Positions 46,972-57,819 of a DNA stretch of 64,000 nt are shown here, piece after piece. Under the pieces are notes generated by a model that was not told the origin of the DNA, ran no database searches, and was given only the letters and a program-made list of their open reading frames with translations. The DNA is taken from positions 5,332,001-5,396,000 of the forward strand of contig OZ361256.1 in the NCBI GenBank assembly GCA_977018835.1, read 5' to 3'. A program made the position numbers and the translations under genes. Source of the stretch: Minutocellus sp. GHC0000111 (Eukaryota). Position 1 is the stretch's first letter, and each line of letters begins with the position of its first letter.

Positions 46972-49900
46972 CTAGCTGGTCTTCGCCTTCTTGCTCGCTG
47001 GCTTGGCATCATCCAAGATATCATCCATGTTGTACAGATCGTCGTCATCGTCTCCGCCATCTCCTGCAGTTGCCTCCAGGAGCATTGCCTTGCGCTTGGT
47101 CTCCTTCTCGCCACTTGACTTCTGGAGCAAACCACGGCGATTTGAAGGCGACCTTGCCGATGATCCGCCAGACTTGCTGAGATCCTTATCGAGCAGCACC
47201 GAGTCTCTCAAACTCATCCAGTCCTTGACGAATTGATTACGGTACTCTGCGGACTTAATCTTGTCCTTATGCTTGATCATGAACTCATGCTGAAGCGCGT
47301 CAGCTGGTGTGATGCGCTCGGCCGGGTCCAGATGGAGCATCTGCTCCAGGAGATCCAAGGCACCGGCATAGTCTTCCTCGACATCGAGGCCGCTGTCCTT
47401 GAGCAAGTACCGTAAGGCCTTTTCCACTCCTCTCTTATACTTCTTCTCGGGCTTGGTCCTTTCGTAGTGTGGAAAATGTTTGCCGTCGGGGTAATTAGTC
47501 GACCCTGGGCTTCCAACAACCTTGTACATTGCTGCAATCTTGGAAGCTCGATCTTTGCCGGAAAAGACGGGTTTGTTGAGGAGAATCTGCGCCATGAGAC
47601 ATCCGAGAGAAAAAATATCAGTCTCCTTGGTGTATCTAGATGATCCGAGAAGGATTTCCGGAGCGATAAAAGGATCGGTAGGGATCTCATCGTGTTCCTT
47701 CGCGCCTCGAGAACTCTTCAGGGGATTGATCTGGCGTCTTCGGTCCTCCGGGTGGAGGACAATGGATCTATTGAATCCGCTCAACATAGCAACGCCACTG
47801 TAGTCGACAAGAATCTGATCAGGATTGATGTTGCGGATGACAATGTGGTTGGAATGGCACATGGCCATGGCAGTCAACAGGTCGTGAAACCAACATGCAA
47901 AGATCGAGGGAGTGACAAGCCTCGACCCTCGCTTCCCATAACCAGAAGAGCCACGCTTCTTTATGGTCCGCGAAACGACCTTCTGGAGGATGAGAGGGGT
48001 CGGTTGGAATACGAGATGAGATACTGTGCTTGCCTTCCGCTTGTTTCTTTCGTCGAGGGGGTTGCTCTTGATCATGGTAAGAAGTGACATCACGTCGTTA
48101 TTCGACGATGAGGCGGTAGGAGAAAGCCCGCTGATACCACCCCCCCCTGCAGTATCATTATTTTCTTCTCGTGTGGATTCCTCGATGGCAATGGCGACTG
48201 GAAGAACAAAGTTTGGATGCCCCTGTGGGGCAGGAATCACATGATGCAGCTGCTGGAGAAGTTGCATCTCCTGCAGGGCTGAGGGCGAGAAGCCAACCCG
48301 CATTGCTCCCTTTTTGGCTTTCTCCTTCTGCCCAATCTTCTCAGGAGGCCACTGCTGCACTGATACGGCCACGGAACGATCTCTGATGGCGATGGCGTCG
48401 GCGTTCGATAAATGGGTTCTCAGGGACGAGAAAGAGGCGCCGCCTTGACTGGTGGAGGAGCCGTCGACATCTAAAGAAGATGCAAGCTTGGCAAGCTCTT
48501 GCATACGGGAAGTTTCGCTGGATGATTTTGGAGGTTTCCGGATAGAGAGGATATCACAAAGAGATCCCGATAGACTCGGTCCGTACTGCGGTGGTATCCA
48601 CCAACGCAGGCCGGCTGTTTTCAGTTGAGCCTCAGATGCCACTGCAGGCAGACAGGTCTTTCCGCCGATCTTGGCCGCCTTGCCACGACTCCTTGGCTCC
48701 TCTCCAATTCCATCGCCAGATCGGACCCAACCATCGCCGATCTCAATGTCGCTCATTTTCATCACACCGGGCTTGAGCTTTGCCTGAGTTTTATCCAGAC
48801 TTTCGACGGCGGTATCAAGATTCTCAGCAGGTGGAAGCGAATGTGAGGTCGACTGAGATGGCTGTGTAGTAGTAGTGGTAGTAGTAGTAGAAGAAGAAGG
48901 CCCAGGTGCCAGAGGCGACACCGCCATCTTGGACGAACCAAACGAAGCAGATGATTTGGATGATGCCTTGAGATCCATTGAGGAATCCGTCCGAGGAGTG
49001 AGTCCGAGGGAACGTGACTGTTCTGAAGCTGCTTGTTCCAGAGATTCGGTCACGGCAGATTGTAGAAGGAACTCTGCGATTGCGAGAGCCCTCCAGCTAC
49101 CTTTCAAGACGATGTTCTCAGCGTCCTGGTGGTTGGACTGCTGAAAGTAGATGTCACACCTGCTTTCGGCGCAAATGCCATCAAGCACCGGCAAAATACG
49201 CTCCTGAATCAGACTTAGACTCACATTCCGAAAGATGCGAGACTGACGAGATTGCTTTCCGATGGCATCATAGGTCTGTTGCCAAGTCGATGAGCTCGAC
49301 TTCTGAATACCCGAGGCCTCCATTTGCTCTACCTTGGCTATCACAGACGAGACATTTGTGAGGAGAGAAGCTTGGCTGCCCTGGAAACGTTGTGCACTGG
49401 CAGCCTTGGAATACTTCTTCGCAACCGACTCATTCTGCTTGATCGAATCCACAATCAGTTGGATTACCTTCTTTAACTTGTCCAGATCAAGAGGCAAAAC
49501 ACCGAGGACCAATTCCATGTTGATAGAGAGAAGACCAGCAATCGCAACAAAGGCGTATTCGGGACCATACTTGAGCCATACAGCCTCCCCGGCCGCAAGC
49601 ACAGGTCCACTCAGGGTGAGCTCCATGGCATTGTCTGCTGGAGGTTCCGCTATTTTTCCTGACTCGACAACCGACGCCAGGATCCAATCAACTCCTGGCC
49701 AAAAGATGTCGTATTGAAGAGTAGTGAGAATCTCTGACTCGGCCGATATGACTCGTTTCTCCCAATTCTTTGCTTCTTCGCTCTTCTCGTCGAACTTGGA
49801 GGCTGCATAGAAGGCCTTGTAGGCTGCAGCGAGGACGTGCTCGAGGCGCTTCCACTTATGTATCTTCTGCGCCTTATTCGCGAGGAACAGGCAAGCCAGA

Positions 49901-52695
49901 GCAGCCTCGCGCAGTTTGACGTTGGAGGCAGACGTAGTCGAGGCGTCTGTGAGCTGGTTCAGGAAACGATAGAAAATGATACAGGCATGCGCCGCAACCT
50001 CGCGATCAAGTTCGAGCAAGGAACTAATCTCAACAATCTCCATGCATGAACTAGCCCTCGCCCGGCCGTCTGCTGCATGCCGAACCGCCGAAAACGAGCC
50101 AGGAGTAGGACTCGCTCTCGAGGGGGCAGATGCCGAGAGGTCCTTCTTCTTGACTTCAGGGTCGACATCCATAAGCAGAGACCAATCTCTGCCGAATGCC
50201 CAGCTCTGCTTACGAACAAAATGATCGCGCAAAAGTTCGATCTGGAGTCGAATCAAGTCTTCGGCGAGAGCAATGCGACGGTCGACCTCCTCAGCCTTGT
50301 CATCACCATTGGTCTTGTCGCCGCCGTCAATGCGCAAATGGTTGCGGGTAAGCTCATCGACGGATACCGTGGCACCGGATGTGCGCTTGATGTATCCAAA
50401 GAAATCACCACCACCCAACGCGGCATTGTTTGGAGCATTGCCATTTGTCCTCGTGTTACTGCTTGGTGACAGGAGAGGGAAGTAGACTCGATCGGTCCCC
50501 AGATTGAGGAACTTGACGCCTCGCTTCAGTGCATTCACGCGGCCACGGATGTGTCCCCATAGGACATCGACCTTCTCCGGCTCTGTGACGAGAACGGCGA
50601 TGTAAAACTTCCGAGGCACATCCTCACCAGCTTCACCGACGATGCGATTCTGGGAGTTGATTCTACCCATATCGAACGCCGACTGGACCCAAATGGAACA
50701 TTTGTGCTCGTTCTCGAAGGCAGAGAAGAAAGGATTCTGTCGCAAATTTTCGCTGCAATCCTGGCTCAAGCTCGGCCCTGCGTTCTGGAACAGCAAATTG
50801 AATTCCTTACTGGACAGTTCACCGGCATAGATACCGGAATCCTTGATGTAGCCCATGGCCGTGTACCCGATGTTACCACTATCGTTGCAGATTTTGAACA
50901 GTGCCGCCCAAACATTCCGAAGGGCACTCTTGAGATCGTGCTCGGTCTCGGCCAAGATAGTCATCTTGGCAAACTGCTTGCTCTTGCTCTCGGAATGAGT
51001 AAAGTTCACCTCGACGTTTCGTCCGGCACCGAATCGGATGGTATGGAGCTTCCTCTTGACGTCGTCGACGACGACCCTCGAAATGACCACGTCACGACTG
51101 TGAACGATACCACTACCGGCGCTGCCGAGGGCGCCCCTGGCGGCCTCCTTGGCCTGCTGCTCTGCAGTCTTGGTAATGATAGTCTGAACATTGTTCTCCA
51201 GATACTTGCGCGCCTTGATGGGGTCCATCCCAGTAATCACAAGCTTCCACAGCTTGCCATCAGCCGATCCCTTGACGGCCTCGACGCCCTCCGGACTGGC
51301 AATCTCGGTGGCATCGCAGGGCACAACGGCGACATGGACACGGCAGTGATTCTGACACCGGATAATCATCTTACGAACCTCGAGCGCCTCCTTGACGTAG
51401 GTATGGACCAGGAGGAAATTCTTCGCCATGGACTGCTGCGTTACCGACGGTCCGACCGGCGTACCGAACGGAGCACTCGCGGTGCCTCCTGTCTTGGCAC
51501 TCTTCTTGGAGATGATGAACTGCTCGTACTCTCGATCCAGGATCATCCACTGCAGCTTCGACAGATCCTCCCACGCATCGGACAGATCAGATTTGTAGAT
51601 GATCTGATGCTTCCCGGTCCGCTCGTCATACTGCGCGACGTCGGCGGCGTAGTACTCCCGATCGCCGTCGAAGTAGACCTTGATGACGCGGTTGATGATC
51701 TCATTGCCGGGATTTTGTGTGATGGGGACCTTCCAATGACCGCTCAGCTTGAGATCGAGCTCCTCGTCCTCCAGGGACACGTCCTTGGGCATCTCCAGCG
51801 TTCCACGGCAGGCGGCGGCGCCGCAGTGGCACTTGGTCGGGGCCCGGCCGCGCTTGCGGGTCCACTTGTAATCGAAGGACAGCTCCGTCCCGGCATCGAT
51901 GTCGCACATGGCAAAGACGCAGGCGCGGGAGACGCCACGGACCTTCCACCGATCGACCATGCAGTTGGGCTCGCAGGAGTGGTTGATGTAGCGAGCGATG
52001 CCCCCCTTCTTCCGCGCGTCGATGTACACATCGTTGTCGAGGGCCATGATGTAGAGCATCCGCTCACCCTGGTAGCGGGCGAAGAGGGAATCGAGATGGT
52101 CCTTCTTGATGGCCACTCCGACGTACTCGCAGATGAAGTCTCCCTTCTTCACGGGCTCCATGATGCGCAGTCCACGGCCCTTCGGTCCGGCGTCGAACAC
52201 CTGCAGCTTCTTCCACTCCTTGCGCTGGATGCGTTTGTTGCCGCACAAATCGCCGGCCTCGCAGTTGGATCGGCATTCCTCCTGACAGGCGAAGAGGACG
52301 CAGGACATGTCCATGCAGCAGATTGATCCGGTACCATCGGCGAAGCACCCGCAAGGGTCGGAGTTGCGATCGAGAGGAGGACGCGCGGCCTTGTCGGTGT
52401 ATCGGCCAGGCTGCAAATCCTCCGGATTGGCCCATTCCACCTCCTCAATGTGTTCCACGTCAGTAGGCAGTCCAATCTCCTTGCCCATGGTCTCATACGA
52501 CGGTTCCGACGAGTCCTGTGGCGCGGCCTTGGTGCCGTCGGTCGGGCCGCTCTTGGTCGGCGATTCATCGTCACTGAACAAGTCGTCATTGTCCCCTCCA
52601 TTGGCTGGCGGTTGACCGGATGCAATTGCGGCACCACCAGGAGCAGCCCTTGGGTCCGCCGGCGGCCATTCCCTGGGCAGTTGCTGCTGATCCAT
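46972..52695 (-). CDS. 1907-aa fusion: AWS-SET-postSET methyltransferase, Tudor-like domain, cyclin box and CDK-like pseudokinase
   Basis: ARYINHSCEPN, ELSFDY, CHCGAAACRG; ACIIFYRF...LACLFLANKA...ESEILTTLQY; SALQEMQLL, APEILLG, DIFSLGC. Confidence 0.9.
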   Translation of the reverse strand: MDQQQLPREWPPADPRAAPGGAAIASGQPPANGGDNDDLFSDDESPTKSGPTDGTKAAPQDSSEPSYETMGKEIGLPTDVEHIEEVEWANPEDLQPGRYTDKAARPPLDRNSDPCGCFADGTGSICCMDMSCVLFACQEECRSNCEAGDLCGNKRIQRKEWKKLQVFDAGPKGRGLRIMEPVKKGDFICEYVGVAIKKDHLDSLFARYQGERMLYIMALDNDVYIDARKKGGIARYINHSCEPNCMVDRWKVRGVSRACVFAMCDIDAGTELSFDYKWTRKRGRAPTKCHCGAAACRGTLEMPKDVSLEDEELDLKLSGHWKVPITQNPGNEIINRVIKVYFDGDREYYAADVAQYDERTGKHQIIYKSDLSDAWEDLSKLQWMILDREYEQFIISKKSAKTGGTASAPFGTPVGPSVTQQSMAKNFLLVHTYVKEALEVRKMIIRCQNHCRVHVAVVPCDATEIASPEGVEAVKGSADGKLWKLVITGMDPIKARKYLENNVQTIITKTAEQQAKEAARGALGSAGSGIVHSRDVVISRVVVDDVKRKLHTIRFGAGRNVEVNFTHSESKSKQFAKMTILAETEHDLKSALRNVWAALFKICNDSGNIGYTAMGYIKDSGIYAGELSSKEFNLLFQNAGPSLSQDCSENLRQNPFFSAFENEHKCSIWVQSAFDMGRINSQNRIVGEAGEDVPRKFYIAVLVTEPEKVDVLWGHIRGRVNALKRGVKFLNLGTDRVYFPLLSPSSNTRTNGNAPNNAALGGGDFFGYIKRTSGATVSVDELTRNHLRIDGGDKTNGDDKAEEVDRRIALAEDLIRLQIELLRDHFVRKQSWAFGRDWSLLMDVDPEVKKKDLSASAPSRASPTPGSFSAVRHAADGRARASSCMEIVEISSLLELDREVAAHACIIFYRFLNQLTDASTTSASNVKLREAALACLFLANKAQKIHKWKRLEHVLAAAYKAFYAASKFDEKSEEAKNWEKRVISAESEILTTLQYDIFWPGVDWILASVVESGKIAEPPADNAMELTLSGPVLAAGEAVWLKYGPEYAFVAIAGLLSINMELVLGVLPLDLDKLKKVIQLIVDSIKQNESVAKKYSKAASAQRFQGSQASLLTNVSSVIAKVEQMEASGIQKSSSSTWQQTYDAIGKQSRQSRIFRNVSLSLIQERILPVLDGICAESRCDIYFQQSNHQDAENIVLKGSWRALAIAEFLLQSAVTESLEQAASEQSRSLGLTPRTDSSMDLKASSKSSASFGSSKMAVSPLAPGPSSSTTTTTTTTQPSQSTSHSLPPAENLDTAVESLDKTQAKLKPGVMKMSDIEIGDGWVRSGDGIGEEPRSRGKAAKIGGKTCLPAVASEAQLKTAGLRWWIPPQYGPSLSGSLCDILSIRKPPKSSSETSRMQELAKLASSLDVDGSSTSQGGASFSSLRTHLSNADAIAIRDRSVAVSVQQWPPEKIGQKEKAKKGAMRVGFSPSALQEMQLLQQLHHVIPAPQGHPNFVLPVAIAIEESTREENNDTAGGGGISGLSPTASSSNNDVMSLLTMIKSNPLDERNKRKASTVSHLVFQPTPLILQKVVSRTIKKRGSSGYGKRGSRLVTPSIFACWFHDLLTAMAMCHSNHIVIRNINPDQILVDYSGVAMLSGFNRSIVLHPEDRRRQINPLKSSRGAKEHDEIPTDPFIAPEILLGSSRYTKETDIFSLGCLMAQILLNKPVFSGKDRASKIAAMYKVVGSPGSTNYPDGKHFPHYERTKPEKKYKRGVEKALRYLLKDSGLDVEEDYAGALDLLEQMLHLDPAERITPADALQHEFMIKHKDKIKSAEYRNQFVKDWMSLRDSVLLDKDLSKSGGSSARSPSNRRGLLQKSSGEKETKRKAMLLEATAGDGGDDDDDLYNMDDILDDAKPASKKAKTS

Positions 52696-53441
52696 TGCTT
52701 CGCCTCCAACCCAGAATTACCGTTATCGATATACTTTGATGTCCAATGAAGCACGGTATCTTTCCCTGTTCAGAACTTTTGCACGCACAAAACAAATCAA
52801 ATGAACAAAAATTCAGCGAGAGGGGTGAGTGATGATCATGACCTCCGGTTGTAGCACGTGCCGGAAAAATAGCGAAAGATACGATATCATCCCAATGTCC
52901 AATCGGACTCCAAATTTAGACAATGAATGCCCTACCTCCGGACAAAGGGTTGATATGGTCAGGTTGGATCAACGCCGAAGGCTTGGCAACATAAGGTGTG
53001 TCCCTTTGCTGCCGTATCCGCCACCGGACCTTTTGCCGAAGTTTGATCAACTGATCATCTGGAGACACAGATTTCGACTGCTGGCGGGTCAAACTTTTGA
53101 CTTGTTCGACCAATCGACTCCCGGGAAACGCAAACACGATTTATCGCGCATGCCAGTGATTTCTGCTCGTGCGAAGAGGTATAATTGAGTAAGGGGGAAA
53201 TTTTGAATTTTATGGATAAACCCCTAATATCCGTATAGACGAGCCAGAGATTTAGGGGGCTCGCCCATTATTGTGTTAGCCCCTTATTCTGAAAATGCAC
53301 AAAGGACCCCCGTGGAACGAGAACGCTTGAAACAGCACGAGTTACAATGAATTTCGAATTCGTCTTGAAGCGACCACATATCTATCAGATTTACGACAAT
53401 CATTCACCGCAAACAAAGCACATCCCAACTTGCAGTGAACC

Positions 53442-54673
53442 ATGAGAGCCCCTGACGACTTTCCTGAAGCATCTGGCGATGAGGTGAAATCCTCCAGCCC
53501 CCATCCACCTTCTCCTGTCGATGCCGTCGATGGCGCCAAAAACGAAGAAGACGTCAACCATTCTTTCGAACCACCAAATACGACCGAACGCCGAACACCG
53601 CCCCGCCCTGTCTATCGGCATGCTGCCGCGGCAGCTACTGCTACTTCTGCCCCTCCTCGACCACCTATGCCCCCTAACACCTCCTCCTCTCGTCACGGCT
53701 ACTACAATCCTGGATACTACGCCTATGGACAGTACAGTCCGCACTACTATCATGCGGCCGGCTACAATTTCGGCCATCATCATCATCACCATCCAGCTGG
53801 ATATCGTCCCACCATCACCCAGGGTAAGGATGGAGCTGATGTGAACACTGTTGATGCTACGCCCATTACTCCTCGAGATGATGATCAGCTCCCTCCCAGC
53901 GTCACCATGTCACCCACCCCTCCGGCATCAGTTCAGCCTCAGCGACGCGACGACACCGGTTCCAACTCTGCTCGCCCATCGACACCTCCTCCAGTGTCCA
54001 GCGAGGCCATCCCTGATTCCGATATTAACGACAAGGACGTCCTCAGTGGCAGAGGCGGGGGGACTAACAATCATCCTGGCAACAAGGAGTTCCGTTCCCT
54101 CGTCGATCAGTACCGTTCCGAGTACGTTCTGAGCAAAAAGTGGGCCAAGCGTCAGATTGCAAGGGTGGCCGATTCCTCAAGAAGGAGGGCGGCGTGTGGT
54201 ACGATATTGGTGATCAGAAGGCACGCGAAAAGACCTCACAGGCTCTACGCGAGGGACTGGCGGCCAAAATGAGAGCTGCCTACGCGGAAAGTAGCGGTGC
54301 CTCGACGGCAGCTACCCATCAAGCGCCATCCACTTCTCAACGGAATCATCCAGAGCCGGCACCTGCCGAAGCACCAACGCCATCGCCAATGACATCAACC
54401 CATCACCACGAGGCAGATTATTATCACATTCCTCCTCATGGCTACCAGCATTACTCTCCCGACTCGGTCACTGGTCACGTCCATCCTCAATCAGCAGATT
54501 ATCATCTCGACCCCACCAGCAGTGCATCCTACGAGCCATATGATTACGCCCACCCGTACGAGTACAGTCCCGAGGCATATGGCCCACCTCCTCCCTCCTC
54601 TCCCATCAAGAGACGAAGGTTGTCATACTCGACATACTCGAGTGGTGAGCCGAAGCAGACGGAGGCTGTGTAG
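53442..54673 (+). CDS. DUF6824-type diatom protein; small deletion/frameshift near 54160
   Basis: DVLSGRGGGTNNHPGN and GGRFLK...AREKTSQALRE lie in different frames. Confidence 0.75.
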
Positions 54674-55210
54674 AGAGGTATTTTCCAACAGAAGATGGAA
54701 ATTTATGTTTAGAAAAAAAGCTATGTTGTGGCTGCGCATTCCTTGCACGTACGCAGCTAGAAAGAGCAATTTAACTGGGATAATTGAAAGATTAGATTAT
54801 GTATCAAAGTAGATCTACCCTTAGCTCTTTGGTTGCCAAATCGTCATTTTCTTGATATTGCTGGCTGACTGCGGCTTCTTTGCATCGCCTGCGATTGAAT
54901 AATGACAAATGCGATTATATGTTTGATTTGAATTGATATGCTGCTATATTATTAGAAGCCTACTTCGAAGAAACGAAAACCTTCAATAACAAAACTGAAC
55001 CCAAACAAATCGGGTTGCAAACCTCGACTTGTGAGAACATTTTGTGGGTCTCTCTTTTTCCTTCGCCCTTTTATTATTTTGGAACATTGCTGGCTGCCGC
55101 AACTGACTGAACAGCGCAGTGCCGCAGACACGTAGAATTGATGTGATGAAACTCATCACCTTCGAACCCCCATTCGTTTAAACATTTTGGAACACAAACG
55201 GCTGCGCAAA

Positions 55211-56634
55211 TTAGATGCTGTCCTTGTCCAAATCGTCGAAATACGGATGGTTGATGGAATCCTTGGCGGTGATGCGGTCCTTGGGACTGTAGGCCAAGAG
55301 GCGGTCGAGAAGGTCGATGCCGTTGTGGTCGAGGTTGTCCAGGACGTTCTTGGTGTAGTCCGACCGGACCCATCGGGGGAAGGCGGGATTCCAGTCCTGG
55401 AGCTGGGTGCATCCGGGCCACAAGTCCTCGGAGGGGGTGCCGAGCTGGCGGAAGATCTTGTAGAGCTGGTCGATCTCGGAATCGCCGGGGAACAGGGGGC
55501 GCTTGGTCACCATCTCGACGAAGATGGTGCCGATGGCCCACACGTCGACGGGGGGGGCGTAGGTCTGCGATCCGAGGAGGATTTCGGGAGGGCGGTACCA
55601 CAGGGTAACGACCTCGTGGGTGAGAGGTCGGATGGGGGGGCAGAAGGCCCGGGCCAGACCAAAGTCGGCCAGCTTGAGGCGTCCGTCGCGGGAAACGAGG
55701 AGGTTCTGCGGCTTGAGGTCGCGGTGCATGACGCCCCGGGAGTGGCAGAAGGCCAATCCGCGGACGCACTGGAAGAGGTAGGACTTGACAAGGTCCGGGG
55801 TGAGCATGCCGTTGACGCTTTCCATGTACTTCTTGAGGTCCTTGTCGAGGAACTCAAAGACGAGGTACAGCTTGCCGTCGGACTGGACGCAGTCCTTGAG
55901 CTCGACGATGTTGTCGTGCTTGAGCTCGCGGAGGAGGCTGATCTCCCGAAGGGCCGTGGAGGGGATGCCCTCATCCTCGACCTCGAGGCGGATGCGCTTC
56001 AGGGCGACGATCTCATTGTTGGTCCGGTCCCGGGCCTTGTAGACAACGCCGTACGTGCCCTCGCCGAGGTTGGAGCCTGGCTTTTCGATTTTTTGGTAGC
56101 TGTTATTAGAGGAGAGGAGAGGAGTGGGAGGAATATGTAGGTGTGAGATATATATGTGGTTGGTGGCAGGTGAAATATTGCATTCAAATGCTCGTGGGTG
56201 GGACCGACCCCGATGGCTGCTGGGATTGGTATGGTCTGTCCGTTCAAAATGCCGATACACCGCCGATACACGTGCCCGGCCAGCACATCCAACGAGTAAA
56301 AAATGACGGGCCCACCACCCGCGAAAAGCAATCAGGTAGCCTTGGTAGGATCATTCCGTCCAATTGCAGCTGCTTCATCCCCAAACCACCGAGGCAACCG
56401 ATACCCTGAACGACCCCATCAAGCAGCTGGCTTGCTTGGCAAACTGGGGGAACCGTCAAAACAAGCCCTCCCGACTCTTTTCCCCGCTGCAACGATGCCA
56501 ACGTCGCCGCATTTCGCCAGGCCGATCCAGCACAAGATGAGGCATGTCACTACCATACAGATACCGTCTCAGCCATCACCGCTACACGCGCCACCGCCGC
56601 TGGGCCCAGCTGGGTTCCCGACGTACCGCTCCAT
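55211..56634 (-). CDS. CDKA2: Cyclin-dependent kinase with PSTALRE motif; intron 56100-56626
   Basis: Spliced [46 protein letters not shown]. Confidence 0.9.
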
Positions 56635-57819
56635 GGTGTTTCCCCTGCCGTCAATGCGATTGACCGCTGTTGCCGGTCGGGCAACCGAAAAATTGGGCTG
56701 AGGCACCCGGAAAGTAAAAAAACGGCCGGTTGCGAGCCTGCCGTCTCGATTTTTATTCAAATTCTCGCGTTTTGCCAAAAAAAGGCAACTTTCGGGGCGC
56801 AGCCCCGAACTTTCGGAAGCTTTCGGAATCCCCGGAGGTGCGAAGCACCGACACACAAGCAACGAGAGAGAGAGGAGGAGACGACTGAACCAACACAACA
56901 GCGGCACTCGCTCGCTACCATCCCCAAAGGAGACGACATAGAGTCGACTCTTTTGCAACTGGGCGTGGCGCCGAAGGCGCCGGTAGCAGGCGGCGGACGA
57001 TCAGCGTGGCACCGCGGTCGGTGCCGCAGCTCATCAGAGAGGGGGCTGGCTTCCGCCCCTCCACGTCGAATATTGCTTCGGTCCCGGTGCTGTCTGCTGA
57101 CGGAGAATGCCGGCATCCTGGCTATTCCTGATTGGCTTGGTGCTATTTGATCGTGCTTCGCTGTTGGCTCGCTTTTTGGTGCCCGCCGCTATCGTTGAAC
57201 TGCTGCAGGCTGCTGATGATCAACCCTGTCGAGGGGGGCTCCCGATATTGGCTGCCGACAACATCTACGCATAGATCTAGCTACCAGGTACATGTACGTA
57301 GATCTAGGTACCAGCGGTATACAAAAACATGCTTTGCCATGGTTGTGGCATTGGTGTGTACATGTGTGGGTTAATTGCTTTTATTTTTATGTGTTTACGT
57401 GCTGCTGCTGTTGAGATTGGTCTTGCCTCCGCAGCTAGGATTGTCTTTGAGGTATTTCTCGGAAGCACGAATTCTGCACCCCAATCCAGTATACTTGGCA
57501 CTGCCCTTCGTTTTGGGTTCCATGCCTGCACTTTTTTCATATTCAATCATTTCTGATAGGCATCTCTTCTGAATTGCATCTGCTGCTATCATCAACTCTT
57601 CTTTCTTGATCATGTCTGTACCAACCGGAGGACGGTAGATAATATTCTTTTCCTCTTCAGTCCAAACCTTTTTCACTAGGCGAAGGCAGTTATTCATCAA
57701 CTTGCCATTTTTGGATACATCGATGAACGGAACGGCAAATCTCAACTTGAACCGAGAACAACAGAACGCCAAGTGCCATCGGCGGCGGAAGCGGACCTAT
57801 TAATATTACGAGTAGTATC

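Noticed and set aside
50704..52326. 540-aa plus-strand ORF, and similar antisense ORFs over SQD2, CDKA2 and the RT
   Set aside because: Shadow ORFs opposite well-supported genes, explained by codon bias; in the retroelement, TA loss also removes TAA/TAG stops.
53189..53287. Short nested inverted motifs (taagggg...cccctaa...ttagggg...cccctta)
   Set aside because: Arms are only 7 bp and there is no second copy in the window; too weak to call a MITE.
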